Below, piece by piece: positions 1 to 15,197 of a stretch of 64,000 nt of DNA. A program made the translations under genes and the position numbers. The DNA comes from the human T2T-CHM13v2.0 reference genome, Homo sapiens, in NCBI RefSeq assembly GCF_009914755.1, contig NC_060929.1; one strand, written 5' to 3'. Within the stretch, counting starts at the first letter, position 1. Each line of letters begins with the position of its first letter. Below the pieces are notes generated by a model. That model worked only from the letters and a program-made list of their open reading frames with translations, was not told the DNA's origin and did no database searches.

Positions 1-400
1 TAAGTCCACTCCAGTGGTTGCTGGTGCCATTTTGGACACCATGGACCCAGACTTCAGGCCAAACTACCAAGGAGCTAGGAAGTACACAGTCACATGAGTA
101 CTCCAGAAACACATCAACCCAGAATCTCTGAAAGCTATTGATGAAAGTCTTTCCCAATGAAAACTAATATCTAAGGACTGGAAGAGGTGACCACTTCCAA
201 TGTTCAGACACTAATCCAAGGCTACGAGGATCACCAAAGATCAGAGAAACATCATACCCCCAAAGTAACAAAAGAAATCACCAACAACTTACCCTAAATA
301 AATGGAGATCTCCAAATTGCCTGACAAAAATTTCAAAAATTTCATCTTAAGGATGCCCAGTGAGTAACAAGAGAACACAAATAGACAAATAAACAATAAC
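1..400 (+). mobile_element. Old L1M fragment, 5'UTR end/ORF1 start
   Basis: 301-395 (aatggagatctccaaattgcctgacaaaaatttcaaaa...caagagaacacaaatagacaa) resembles the start of degenerate L1M ORF1; A-rich plus strand. Confidence 0.6.
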
Positions 401-609
401 AGAGAAAGTGTCTTTTCCCCCTTTTGCTCACCACTTCTCTCTCATGCTGCCATGTGAAGAACATGTTTGCTTCCCCTACTGCCATGATTCTGTAAGTTTC
501 CTGAGGCCTCCCAAGCCATGTGGAACTCTGAGTCAATTAAACCACTTTCCTTTACAAATCGCCCAGTTTCAGGTATTTCTTCATAGCTGCATGAGAATGA
601 ACTAATACA
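401..609 (+). mobile_element. 3' half of an ERVL-MaLR LTR (THE1/MST type)
   Basis: ctgccatgtgaaga...gccatgattctgtaagtttcctgaggcctcc...gagtcaattaaacc, with the canonical end actaataca at 609; the 5' half is absent. Confidence 0.85.
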
Positions 610-1940
610 ATAAGGAAATGTTATGAAAGCCAAATAATTGGACAACCTAGAAGAAATGAATAAATTCCTGGAAACATGTGACCTACCAAAAAGGAATCAA
701 GAAGAAACAGAAACCCTTAATAGACCAGCAACAAATGGAAATATTGAGTCAGTGATCAAAAATTTTCCAATAACACTAGAAAGCCCAGGCATAAACAGCT
801 TCACGTATCAGTCCTCCTAAATATGTTTTTAATTAATACCATTCATTCCTAAGCTGTTTCAAACAATAGAAGAGGGATCACTTAAAAACTCTTTTTATGA
901 TGCCAGCATAACCCTGAAAACATTTATAAACCATATATCTGGTAAATGGTTATTATACAAAATATATAGTTTGGCTACAACTCAATGGGAATAATAATAA
1001 CAATAATAATAATAGCCCAAATTAAAAATATGCAAAGGTATAAATAGACATTTCTCTAAAGAAAACACAGATCTATGAAAAGGTGGTTGACACCACTAAT
1101 CATCAGGGAAATACCAATAGAAAACATAAGATGTCACATCTGTTAGAATGGTTTTCATCATTAAAAATATATATTGCACATTTTGGCAAGATTATGAAAA
1201 AAAATCCCTTGTATACTGTTTAAAAAAAAACCTGCAAGCAGAAATGTCATATGATCCATCAATCCCATTTCTGGGTACATACCCAGAGGAATAGAAATCA
1301 GTATATCAAAGACATATCTCAATTTCTAGGTTCATTTTAGCATAATTCACAATGGCAGGATATGGAAGCAATCCAAGTGTCCATCAATAAATGAATAAAG
1401 AAAACATGGTATATACATACAATGGATTACTATTCAGCTATAAAAAGAAATAACCCTGCCATTTACAAAAACATTGATGAACTTGGCAGACATTATGCTA
1501 AGTGAAATAATGCAGACACAGGAGAATAAATATTAAATGATGCTACTTATGTAATAAATATATAATAGCCAAATTCATAGAGGCACAGAGTAGAATGGTC
1601 ATTGTCGGGGCTGGGACACAAGAAAGGGAGAAAGGAAAGTATTAGTCAAAAGGTGTAAAGTTCTGGGTATATAAGACAAGTTAGCACTAATGACCCACTG
1701 TACAGCATAGTCCTTATAGATAACAACACTCTATTGTATACCTAAAGATTTTCTAAGAGGGTAGCATTTATTTTATGTTCTAATACAAATAATAAATAAG
1801 AGATTAGCAGAAAATTTGGAGGTGATGGATTTATGGTACAGACTGCAGTGATTGTTTAACAGGTGTATACTTCTCTTCAAACTCATTAAATTGCATACAT
1901 TATGCATGATATTTTATAAATAAAATTTTTAAATGAAAAA
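610..1940 (+). mobile_element. L1M (L1MA/MB/MC-age) ORF2 fragments and 3'UTR
   Basis: ORF 638-820 DNLEEMNKFLET..LP...QEE.E.LNRP is L1 ORF2p; jump near 920 to the ORF2 C-terminal part, then an L1M-type 3'UTR ending in an A-rich tail near 1940. Confidence 0.85.
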
Positions 1941-3650
1941 TAACATTAAGTTTTTTTTTTAAATGTGGGATGAACATATTTGGAAAATTGAAATGCAAAC
2001 AGTTTGTTAGCAATACCATTAATTTGTTAATTTATCTTATAATTATCAAAGTGGAGATACAGGATTCAATGTCTCCTAAATTTGATAAGAAAGCAGTGTT
2101 TCCAAAAACTATCTCAGGGAAGAACTATTTAAGGAAATGCATATTGAGGAACATTGAAAATTATGAACATAACTATCCCTTTTGGTTTATTTTCTACTTA
2201 ATAAGAAATTAAAACAATATATATTTTTCAGAATATAGTGCCTTGGGGAAATGGCGATCATGGTGGATGGGAGGCAAGATTAGATTGCAGCTCCAGACAG
2301 AGCAGCATGCGGGGGCTAGCATTGTGAATTTTAGCTCCAGATTGACTGCAAGAACTAACCAGCAATCCCAAGAGGACCCACAAAAATTCTGAAGGAAGTG
2401 GACTGCTCCGGCAGGACGCAGGAGATCCCACCAAAATTGTGAGTACCCCAACTGCTGATGTGGGAAAGGGGAACCCTCCTCTCCCGAACACACATCACCA
2501 CTGGAGAAGCTGAAGGTCTATTTGTGGGAGAAGTTTCCAACTTTACCTGGAGCTGAGTCAATTTGGAGAGCCGAGCAAAATACAAGGGTAGAGGAAGCAG
2601 CAGAAAGGCCCCGGGAGCTCACTGGGTCCTCTAGCAGGCCATTTCTGCCTGGCACCACAGGGATCCAATGGGAGAGAATCAGGGGGTAAAATTACACAGG
2701 CAGATGGAAATCTCTAGCTGAACTTTGTAACAATTTGAATTGGGTGAGACACCTTCTGGCCAGAACTCACGGGAGGGTGCAAATCCGGTTTGCAGACTCC
2801 ACAGGCAGAGGAAGAGCCAAGCCCTTTTCTTTTGCAGCTGGGAGGCAGGTAGCCTGGGGCAAGTTTTCAAGCCCATATCATCCTCCACCTGGAAACAGCC
2901 TGGAGGGTGTTGTGGGGGGTCACCGTGGGAATGAGACCAGCCCTTCTGTTTGCATGGGAGCTGAGTGAGGCTTGTGACTACCAGGTTTCCCCCACTTCCC
3001 TGACAACATGCATGACTCAGCAGAGGCAGCCATAATCCTACTAGGTACACAGTTCCAGTGACCTGGGAATCTCATCCCCATCCCCTACAGCAGCCACAGC
3101 AAGACCCACCCAAGGAGTCTGAGCTCAGACATGGCCTAACCCCGCCCCCACCTGATGGTCCTTCCCTACCCACCCAGGTAGTGGAAGACAAAGGTCATAT
3201 AATCTTGGGGGTTCTAGGGCCCTGCCCACCTACCAGTTCCTCTCCATACTACCACAGTTGATGCTCTCTGAAAAGTGCCACCTCCCAGCAGGAGGCCAAC
3301 CAGCACAAAAATAGAGCATTAAACCACAAAAGCTAAGGGCCCTCACGGAGTCCATTGCACCACCCCATCACCTCCACCAAAACAGGCACTGGTATCCACT
3401 GCTGAGAGATGGATAGATGGTTCACATCATGGGACTCTGTACAGACAACCCTCAGTACCAGCTCACAGCCGGGTAGACTTGCTGAGTGGCTAGACCCAAA
3501 AGAGAGACAATAATCACTATAGTTCGGCTCACAGGAAGCCATATGCATCGAAAAGGGGGAGAGTACTACATCAAGGGAACACCCTGTGGGACAAAAGGAT
3601 CTGAACAACAGCCTTCAGCCCTAGCCTTCCCTCTGGCAGAACCCACCCAA

Positions 3651-4689
3651 ATGAGAAGGAACCAGAAAACCAAACCTGGTTATATGACAAAACAAAGCTC
3701 TTCAACAAGCCTAAAAAAAATCACACTAGTTCAAGAGCAATGGATTCCAACCAAGAAGAAATTCCTAATTTACCTGAAAAAGAATGCAGGAGGTTAGTTA
3801 TTAAGCTAATCAGGGAGGAACCAGAGATAGATTAAGTCCAATGCAAGGAAATCCAAAAAATGATACCAGAAGTGAAGGGAGAAATATTCAAGGAAATAGA
3901 TACCTTAAGGAAAAAACAATAAAAAATTCAGGAAACTTTGGACACACTTTTAGAAATGTGAAATATTCTTGTAAGTCTCATAAATGGAATTGAACAAGAA
4001 GAAAGAAATCAGAGCTCAAAGACAAGATCTTTGAATTAACCTAATCCAACAAAGACAAAGACAAAAGATTAAGAGAATATGAACAAAGCCTCCGAGAAGT
4101 CTGGGATTACGTTAAACAACCAAACCTAAGAATAAACGGTGTTCCTGAGGAAGAAAAGAATTCTAAAAGCTTGGAAAACATATTTGGGGAAATAATAGAG
4201 AAAAAGTTTCCCAGCATTGCTAGAGACCTAGACGTTTAAATACAACAAGCATAAACAATACCCAGGAAATTCATTGCAAAAAGATCTTCACTAAGGCACA
4301 CTGTCACCAGATTATTCAGAGTTAAGATGAAGGAAAAAATCTTAAGAGCTGTGAGACAGAAGCACCAGGTAAAATGTAAAAGAAAACCTATCAGATTAAC
4401 AGCAGATTTCTCAGTAGAAACCCTACAAGCTAGAAGGGATTGGGGCACTATCTTCAGCCTCCTCAAACAAAACAATTATCAGCCAAGAATTTTGTATCCA
4501 GCAAAACTAAGCATCATATATGAAGGGAAGAAACAGCTTTTTTTTTTAGACAAACAAATGCTGAGAGAATTTGCCATTACCACGCCACCACTACCAGAAC
4601 TGCTAAAAGGAGCTCTAAATCTTGAAACAAATTCTGGAAACACATCAAATCAGAACCTCTTTAAAGGAAAAATCATACAGAACCTATAA
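3651..4689 (+). pseudogene. Disrupted L1 ORF1 (RNA-binding protein)
   Basis: MRRNQKT start at 3651; the 4327-4689 ORF reads MKEKILRAVRQK...PIRLTADFSVETLQARRDWG.IF..LK.NNYQPRILYPAKLS, the ORF1p C-terminal region; stops and frameshifts upstream. Confidence 0.9.
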
Positions 4690-4776
4690 AAGAAAAATAC
4701 AAGTTAAAAAGAAAAACAAACAAACAAACAAAAAAAACAAAAAACAAAAAACCAAAGTACAGAGGCAAAAAAGCGC

Positions 4777-7700
4777 ATGATGAATGCAATCGTACCTCAC
4801 ATTTCAACACTAACATTGAATATAAATGGCCTAAATACTCCCTGTAAAGGATACAGAACAGCAGAATGGATAAGAACTCACCAACCATCTACTGCCTTCA
4901 GGAGACTCACCTAACACATAATGACTCACATAAACTTAAAGTAAAGGGGTGGAAAAAGGCATTTCATGCAAATGGACATCAAAAGTGAGCAGCATTTTCC
5001 GATATTCTTATATTAGAAAAAACAAGCTTTAAAGCAACACCAGTTAAGAGAAACAAAGAGGGACATTATATAATGGTAAAAGGCCTTGAGCTTGTCCAAC
5101 AGGAAAATATCACAATCCTAAACATATATCCACCTAACACTGGAGTTCCCAAATTTATTAAACAATCACTAATAGACCTAAGAAATGAGACACATAACAA
5201 CACAATAATAGCAGGGGACTTCAATACTTCACTGACAGCAGTGGACAGGTAATCATGACAGCAACTCATTGAAGAAAGAATAGATTTAAACTGTACCTTG
5301 GAACAAATGGACTTAGCGGATATATACGGAACACTCCATCCAACAACTGCAGAATACACATTCCATTCAACAGTGCATGGAACTTTTGCCAAGATAGACC
5401 ATATGATAGACCATAAAACAAGCCTCAATAAATTTTAAAAAATTGAAATTATATCAAGCACTCTCACAGACCACAATGGAATAAAACTGGAAGTCAACTT
5501 CAAAAGGAACTCTCAAAACCATGCAAATACATGGAAATTAAATAACCTGCTCCTGAATAAGCACTGGGTCAAAAATGAAATCAAGACAGATATTCAAAAA
5601 TTATCTGAGCTGAATGACAATAATGACACAATCTATCAAAACCTCTGGGATACAGTAAAGGTAGTGCTAAGAGGAAAGTTCATAGAGAACTTTCCACACA
5701 TCACATCAAAGAGACTGAAAGAGCACAAACCAACACTCTAAGGTCACACCTCAAGGAAGTAGAGAAATAAGAAAAAAAACAAAACAAAGCCCAGCAGAAG
5801 AAATGAAATAACCAAGATCAGAGCAGAACTAAATGAAATTGAAACAAACAAACACAAACAATACAAAAGATAAATGAAATAAAAAGCTAGTTATTTGAAA
5901 AGATAAATAAAATTGATAGACCATTGGCAAGATTAACCAAGAAAAGAAGAGAGAAAATCCAAATAACCTCACTAGGAAATGAAACAGGAGATATTACCAC
6001 TGACACAACTGAAATACAAAAGATCATTCAAGGCTGCTGTAAATACCTTTACACACATGTACTAGAATACCTAGAAGAGATGGATAGATTCCTGGAAAAA
6101 TACAACCCTCTTAGTTTAAATCAAGAAGAATTAGATACCCCGAACAGACCAATAACAAGCAGTGAGATTGAAATGGTAATTTAAAAATTACCAACAGAAA
6201 AAATCCAGGACCAGATAGATACACAGCAGAATTCTACCAGACATCCAAAGAAGAATTGGTACCAATTATTTTTGCACTATTCCATAAAATAGAGAAAGAA
6301 AGACCTCTCCGTAATTCATTCTATGAAGCCAGCATCACCCTCATACCAGGAAAGGACATAACCAAAAAACAAAACTATAGACCGATATCTTTGATGAATA
6401 TAGATGCTAAAATCCTTAACAAAATACCAGCTAACAAAATTCAACAACATACCAAAAAGATAATCCACCATAGTAAAGTGGGTTTTATACCAGGGATGCA
6501 GGGATTGTTTACATATGCAAGTCAATAAATGTGATACACCACATAAACAGAATTAAAAACAAAAATCACATGATCATTTCAATAGATGCAGAAAAAGTAT
6601 TAGACAAACTTCAGCATCACTTTATAATTAAAACTTTCAACAAAATCGGCATACAAGTGACACACCTTAAAGTAATAAAAGCCATCTATGACAAACCCAC
6701 AGGCAACATACTACTGAATGGGTAAAATTTGAAAGTATTCCCTCTGAGAATTGGAACAAGACAAGGATGCCCACTCTCACTACTCCTCTTCAGCCTACTA
6801 TTGGAAGCCCTATCCTGAGCAATAAAAGCAGAGAAAGAAATAAAGGGCATCCAAATCGGTAAAGAGGAAGTCAAACTGTCACTGTTTGCTGACAAGATGA
6901 TCATTTACCTCGAAAACACTAAGGACTCCTCAAGAAAGCTCCTAGAACTGATAAAAGAATCCAGCAAATTTTCTGGATACAAGATTAATGTACACAAATT
7001 AGTAGCTCTTCTATACAACAACAGCGACCAAGTGAAGAATTAAATCAAGGACACAACCCCATTTACAATAGCTACAAAAAAATAAAATAAAATACTTAGG
7101 AATATACCTAACAAAGGAGTTGAAAGACCTCTACAAGGAAAACTACAAAACACTGCTGAAATAATCATAGATGACACAAACAAATGGAAACACATCCCAC
7201 ACTCATGGATGGGTAGAATCAATATTGTGAAAATGTCCAAACTACCAAAAGCAATCTACAAATTCAATGCAATCCCCATCAAAATACCATCATTGTTCTT
7301 CACAAAATTAGAAAAAACAATTATAAAATTTATATGGAACCAAAAAGAGTCCGCATACCCAAAGAAAGTCCAAGCAAAACAAACAAACAAACAAACAAAC
7401 AAAAAAAACCCAAATCTGGAGACATCACACGACCTGATTTCAAACTACACTACAAGTCCATAGTCACCAAAATGGTGTGGTAAAAAGTAGGCACATAGAC
7501 CAATGGAACAGAATAGAGAACCCAGAAATGAACCCAACTAATTACTGATCTTTGACAAACCAAACAAAAACATGAAGTGGAGAAAGGACACCCTTTTCAA
7601 CAAATGCTGCTGGGATAATTGGGTAGCCACATGCAGTAGAATGAAACTCTATCCTTATTTCTCACCTTATACAAAATCAACTCAAGATGGATTAAGCACT

Positions 7701-8530
7701 CAAACCTAAGACCTGAAAGTATGAAAATTCTAGAAGCTACCATTGGAAAAACCCTTGTAGACATTGGGTTAGGCAAGATTTAATGACCCAAAACAAAGAT
7801 AAATCGCTGGGACCTAATTAAACTAAAGAGCTTTTGCACAGTAAATGGAACAGTCATCAGAGTAAACAGACAACACAGAGTGGGAGAAAATCTTCACAAT
7901 CTATACATCTGACAAAGGACTAACATCCAGAATCTACAACAAACTCAAACATATCAGTAAGAGAAAAGCAAACAATCTCATCAAAAAGTGGGCTAAGGAC
8001 ATGAATAGACAATTCTCAATAGAAGATATACAAACGGCCAACAAACATATGAAAAAATGCTCAACATTACTAATGATGAGGGAAATGCAAATCAAAACCG
8101 CAATGCAATACCGCCTTACACCTGCAAGAGTGGCCATAATCAAACAATCAAAAAACAGTAGACGTTTGGTTGGATGTGGTGAACAGGGAACACTTCACTG
8201 CTGGTCAGAATGTAAACTAGTACAGCTGCTATGGAAACCTGTGCTGAGATTTCTTAAAGAACTTAAAGTAGAACTACTATTGATCCAGCAGTCCCACTAC
8301 TGCGTATCTACCCAGGGGGAAATAAGTCATTGTTTGAATATAATACTGAGTAATATTCCATATATATGATTAAATAAAAAGGAATAATTAAATAAAAAGG
8401 AATGAATTAACAGCATTTGCAGTTACCTGGATGAGTTTTTGGAGACTAGTATTCTAAGTGAAGTAACTCAGGAATGGAAAACTAAATATTGTATGTTCTC
8501 ACTGATATGTGGGAGCTAAGCTATGAGGAC
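4777..8530 (+). pseudogene. Disrupted L1 ORF2 (endonuclease/reverse transcriptase)
   Basis: ORF fragments with [28 protein letters not shown] and GRINIVKM; the RT motif reads LFADKMI at 6882-6902 (FADD second Asp lost); many frameshifts. Confidence 0.9.
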
Positions 8531-9149
8531 TTTGAGATCTTGGGGGTAAGAGTGAGAGGGAAGTGATGGATAAAATACTACAAATATGGTGTAGTGTGTA
8601 CTGCTCGGGTGATGGGTCCACCAAAATCTCACAAATCACCACTAAAGAACTTACTCATGTAACCAAATACCACTTGTACCCCAATAACTTATAGAAAAAT
8701 AAATAAATAAAGTGATTATAATGGTTAACTTTTAAAAATAATAATATAGTCCCTCAATTACAAAAAAAAAAATGATGGTCATTGTCTTAATAGGGAACAT
8801 GGAGACTTTAAACATTTCTAGAATCTATGGAGAACTTCTTAGAATCTGTAGGCCTAATCTCATTTTCTTTCCTCACTGTTTGACCTGAATTCAAACATTT
8901 CTGTTGAGAAAAAGAGGAGTTCTTGCTCTTCATTATAATGTAGTACAGTCTTTTCTTCTTATTTTCTGTCTGGGAAAGACTGTAATAATCTTCAAAAACA
9001 TATTTTTGTCTTATTTATTTTAGTCATTAAACTTTCAAATTTCAGTGGAGCAAATATAATCTAAGTTGAAGATTATATTTCACAGCCTCCATTACAGACA
9101 GTCTTGAACATGTACTTCAGTTCTGAGAAATACCATGCTAGCTTCTTCA

Positions 9150-9420
9150 GGTCACCTTCACTGAATAAAAATTATTTGTCTTCCATTTCCTCTTCCCCTT
9201 CCTGTGGACTGGGAAGTGGGCGTGTGGTGAATTGCATTTAGTCATATTATGAGAAGACAACAAAACACAAGGAACCTAGATGTCTATGTGTCCTTATGGA
9301 GTTAAGAAATTGATCACCTTGCCACTCCTAGCAGGTCATGGTTTACACAACAGAGAAATAAACTTCTATCTTATTTATGCCAAGGACAGTTGGTTTCTTT
9401 TGAACAAATATCCTTAATAA
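9150..9420 (+). mobile_element. Old MLT1-type (ERVL-MaLR) LTR fragment
   Basis: aaggaacctaga... and agagaaataaacttctatcttatttatgcca resemble the 3' part of MLT1 LTRs; very degenerate. Confidence 0.5.
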
Positions 9421-9504
9421 GTCTTACTTCACAAATGTCAGAATTTGGGGTTATTTTTATTTCTGCTGTTGCCCACTGTACTTTTTAAAAACTTTAGTAT
9501 GTAT

Positions 9505-10225
<721 letters not shown>

Positions 10226-11896
10226 CATTGTTTATTGATCAGAACTACCAGTTAAAATGGTGTATGACCTTAAAGCCATACTTTCTCCTCTAGACTGGGA
10301 ATGGCCTGGTACTATAACTGGAACACGTCAGGCAGAGATAACTTAGAGGGAAAGGTTGGAATTACCTACATGAAAACGTAAAATCATTTATTAGGTTCTA
10401 GAGGAAGAGACAGATATTCTTCTTTCTCTGTGTTTGGTCAGGTAGTAATACCTATCTTTTATTATCTACATGTACTTTGGCAGCAACTCTTCTTTTATAA
10501 AATGCTTTGGAGTTATTTACTTATAGCACTGATAAAGGGTGGTATATTTGAATAAGCACGTGTGAGCTTGTTTCTGTGTGTGTGCATTTGACTGTACTGC
10601 GATTTTCTGAATTATCTACTATTTTCATTATCCATGCTTCTGTAACCTTCCATCAGCATGGATAATCAACTGTTGAGTTCTGTTAACAAATATGAATGTC
10701 TAGGGGGCATTAATAAAGCTTATAAAATGCCTTACTGTTATTTTTATGTTGAATTAAAAGAAAAGATTACATGTATGTGTTAAAGTAATAGGGAACAATT
10801 TGATTATGGCTCCTTGTAAATTTTTATATGAATAATAAAAAATAAAAGTTTAGGTGAAGCATGGTTATTATATTTTATCACAGTAAATAGTCTATCTGAA
10901 GGCTTTCATTTGAATTACTAAAATTCAAAAGCTGTATTTAATTATAATGAAATGCATTAATATAATTACTTATTGAAAACTTCAGATTCAATGTAGGACA
11001 CAAGCTATTCATATACTATTACATATGAAAGTTTTTGAAATAAAATCTCTGATTCTAACTTGATTTTTTTGCCTTTGCAATCAACTTTTAAAACTAATAT
11101 ATTATGCACATTTAAAACTTTATTGTTTTTTTTGAAATAGCTTAAATGCCACATTAACAATTTTTTAAAAACCAACTCAATTATGGATGCATAAGTTCAT
11201 TTTGGGATATATATATATTATGGGTTGGGAAATGTCATCACATCCTTCATCATCACACTTTTTATGTCCTCCTGTGGTGAACACCTGTGGCTTGTTGGCA
11301 ATGTATTTGCTTCCCTGGGCTATTAAGCACTCTATATTTTTAGAGTGGATCAACTCAGCGTTATTTAACACAGATGTTTCTATAATTGTGAAACATTGAG
11401 AAATATACAGTGCTCAGTAGCTTTCAGGTTCCTATTTCTACCTGTGTGACAAAATTTTCTGTGCTTTATGTAATGCAGTTTTATTGAAACATTGATAAAT
11501 GGTTAAGTTTTGGTTTGCATACTTGATTTTTAATAAATTAAATAGATATTTATAAAAATATCAGATATCTTAAAGACTATATCAATTTACCACATTTCTA
11601 GAATTTTTAAAGAACATTTATTTTATTCAAAATTGCACATACACAGCCATTTTACAGTATATTTCTATATCTGACATACACATTTAAATCATAAAATATA
11701 AAAGAGATGCTTTTATAGTAAATATTATATGAAATAAAACATCTATATATGTAGGTTTGATTTTAAGACAGTCTATGTAGAGACCGATTATCTTCAAGAA
11801 AATAAAATTTGTTGATTTTAGATATTTTCAAACTTTGCCAGCATTGAAGCCATTAGAACTCTACCCAGGTCCAACACTGAATTTTAGGTTCTTGGT

Positions 11897-12269
11897 TGTT
11901 ATGATGTGACTGTTGGTGTCCCCCAAAATTTATGAGTTTAAATCCTAACTCCCAAGGTGATGATATAAGGAGATGGGACCTTTGGGAGATGATAAGATTA
12001 TGAAGGTGGAGCCCTCATGGATGGAATTACTGCTTATAAAAGGTCCAAGAGAATTCCTTTGTCCCTTCTGCCATGTGAGGACAGGGAGAGAAGTCAGCAG
12101 TCTGCAATCCACAAGAGAAACCTCATCACAACCCAATATGCTGGCACCCTGATCTCAGACTTGCAGCTTCCTGAACTGTGAGAATAAAACATAAACAAAA
12201 AACATTCTGTTGTTTATAAGCCACCCAGTTTATAGTACCTTGTTAGAGTGGCCCGAATGCACTAAGATA
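11897..12269 (+). mobile_element. MLT1A-like solo LTR
   Basis: tgttatg...tgtcccccaaaatt...ggagccctcatg...tgctggcaccctgatctcagacttgcagc...tgttgtttataagccacccagt...actaagata. Confidence 0.88.
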
Positions 12270-15197
12270 TTGCCAGTATAAATACTTGCATGTGCCACAA
12301 CAAAGGTAAATATCTGACTCACTGAAAGATGAATTGGAGGAAGTATGTTTGCTTTTAATAACCCACTATTCTCTTCTTCACTTTCATAAACAGTGTTCCT
12401 TCATTCCAGTTACTCTGAAATGAAGGTAAAGGAAGTTGTTCGGACTAATTGCTGACAATAATAACAAGGGAGAGGAGTCAAGAAGAGCAGCCTTAGCTAC
12501 CTCGAATATATTCTCACATTTACTCTGGGAAAGCTGCTGAGGCGTTGGTATGTGTTTTTGCAACAGTGACTGATTCATTCAGGTTTGTATCCCCCTTGCC
12601 AAAAGATGTCACCTGGTACCTAGTAGCACCTAATAAATACTGTGAAAAATGTGTCTAGGTAAAAGGTAATTGAATAGAGAGTCCTCAACCCTTTCCTTTA
12701 GAATTTCAGAATCTTCTGTCTTTATAAGGTTTTCCAGGGATCATAGCAATTTCTGCTGTAATTGTTGCTGCTGACAATTAAATCAACACTAACAGATCAG
12801 AACATTATTCAGAGAATATAATGCTGGTAACTTTCATTGTAGATGCTAGACACTAAGTACTACACAAATGGGTAGGAGGCACAATAGCGTCTTAAACATT
12901 TGATGAACAAATAACATAAAAGGTGGGAGTTAACCACCAAAAATAATACAATACTCTTTTCATCCTCCTGTCATTCTCCTCCACAAAAAATCCACAGCAA
13001 TGATGAATAGTGTTTGTTATAGTTCTAATAATGTCATTTGATAGCAGGTTTAGGTTTTTCCTGAATCCAAGGGCTTTACATGAGTCTGAAATAAAGAACA
13101 CCATTTATTGTAACTCTGACTGTTGTGTTCTGATTTCTTTTCTGGTAAATCTTTATGCTATGATTTTAGATGATGTTGAACTTTATAAATGAGGCTTAGC
13201 TTACATTATCCGGAAAAATATTATTTGTGTGAATGAGCTGAAATAAATAAATAAAAGACAGATTCTTTGTTCCTCTTTAGTAACAGCATAAGCCTCAGAG
13301 ACCAAATAAAATAAGGGAGGCTTACTTCCCCTACTCGAGGTATTTGTTTCATTCCCTTGCTGGAAATGTCTTTATCTCTAGCATTTTTTATATCTCTTTT
13401 CCTGTTAAATGTACTTTGTTAAAAAAAAAAAAAGGATCTATCAGTCCTTTATACTTCCACATGAATTGAAGGCAATAAATATACCTCCCAAGAAATAGTC
13501 TTTTGAGTCTTGCCCTTAAAGAATGACACAAGTTGTTTTATTAGTGGGATTTCAGTTGAGCAGCAATGCTGGAGGAGAGGATGGTGGTTATCAAAGAGTT
13601 TTATGGGAGTCTTTTTCATCAGGAAGTAGGAAAACATTGTTCTAGGAAAAAAGTTTAAAGTATTGTGGCACTAGCATACTAATATACTCTTTGTAAGAAC
13701 TGTTAAGCCAGGTATGTAATTTATATTTTTCTTTTCTATCAATCTCTGGCCATTCCTCCTATAAAGTGTACTTTCTCTTCATGTAAGGTTATGATGATTC
13801 CCCAAATATTACTGCAGACTTCCAAATTCTTTTTCTGCAGTCTCTCTGCTTATAACAAATGTCTTCTTAATGATCATAAGAAAGTAAAACATATCTTCAA
13901 AATTAAATTTAAATGTTTCTTTCCCTCTCCTCATCTGTTTATTAACTCATATTTACACCAGACTCCTCCATTATCAATGTCATGTTAGTCATGCATATAT
14001 CTCTTTAATGGAATACTTGTCAATATTGAAATTATTCAGTTCCTTATCTCATTTGCTTCCCAACACATTGTAATCAACTTGATGTCAGAGTCATATCCTC
14101 ACTGTCTTTGTTTCTCAAAGACCAGAAAATTAATATTACTAAAATTTTTGAAAATACAGTAAATATTTTGCAATGATTTTATCTTTTTAGGGAATTTCTT
14201 TACAGTCTTTCAACTTCAATACAACATCTTGAATTATTTAGTTTTTTTCACATATCCTTTTTTAAAGAAAATCTTTAATGCATATTTATTAATCTCTAAA
14301 TTTAGAATGAAATTTTTGTCTTACCTACCTGGAATTGTCTATAATGTCTACCCTTATTCTGCCTTTTCTGACAATTTAATTATGTTCTATCAGAGATAGC
14401 TCTATTAAAATTTAAGCCAAAAACAGAAGCAACTATTTAGATAAGTTAATAATGTATCCCAATTTGTAAGAATATGTTTAAATGGCTTGATTAAAAGCAG
14501 AATGTACTGTTTTCTAAATAGTCTTCACAATTTCTTTAATTTGCCTTTCTTCTCAACTATTTGTCTTACCTCCTGAGTTCTACTCTAGAACTTTGTAGAA
14601 TTAACTATTACCGCCATGTTAACAATACCTATTGATTTTTGTCTTTCAATATTAGAAAATTCAAATAAAGGCCATGAACTCAAGTGATGTAAGCCGGTTT
14701 ATTTAAAATACTATATGCTAACAACACCTCTATCTGGACTTAAATCCCTGTTGTGGCAAAAAAAAACCTACATATGCTGATAAAAGACAAGATTATAGTT
14801 CAGACATGAACTTTCCCACATTAAAAGGCAGACAGAATTTTATTTAAGCACCGTAGTTTATTGTACAATTGGAAAAATGTATCTCAAGCACAAGTGGTAT
14901 GCAATTATATATCTTCACTCATTCTGTGTTAATATGTTTGCTCCTTTTTCTTAAATCAAAACATTGTTACCTAGTAATTCCCATCCTCTACATTATGGCA
15001 ATGACACCACATATCTGTCTATGGATTCCTGTGCACTAGACGTATTTTAAATACTTTAAGCATGTGGATTATCTTACTTCCTTCTCACAATAAAAATATA
15101 CCTAGAAATTCTCTATTTAATTACTATTTACCTAGACACATCTTTACAGTATTTATTAGGTGCTACTATGTACCAAGTGACATCTTTTGGCAAGGGG

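Larger units (their letters stand above)
2245..8711 (+). mobile_element. Full-length (~6.5 kb) inactive L1PB-family LINE-1 (L1PBa/L1PB1-like)
   Basis: L1PB-type 5' end (atggtggatgggaggcaagattagattgcagctcc), ~1.4 kb GC-richer 5'UTR, ORF1, ORF2, L1PB 3' end (accaaaatctcacaaatcaccactaaagaacttactcatgtaacc), A-tail; candidate TSD aatatagtgcct 2232-2243 / aatatagtccct 8743-8754. Confidence 0.93.

Noticed and set aside
2245-8711. Retrotransposition-competent L1
   Set aside because: Both ORFs have many stops and frameshifts, and the RT catalytic motif is mutated (FADK).
12560-15180. Faint L2-like fragments near 12600, 14060 and 15150
   Set aside because: Too short and degenerate to delimit by eye.
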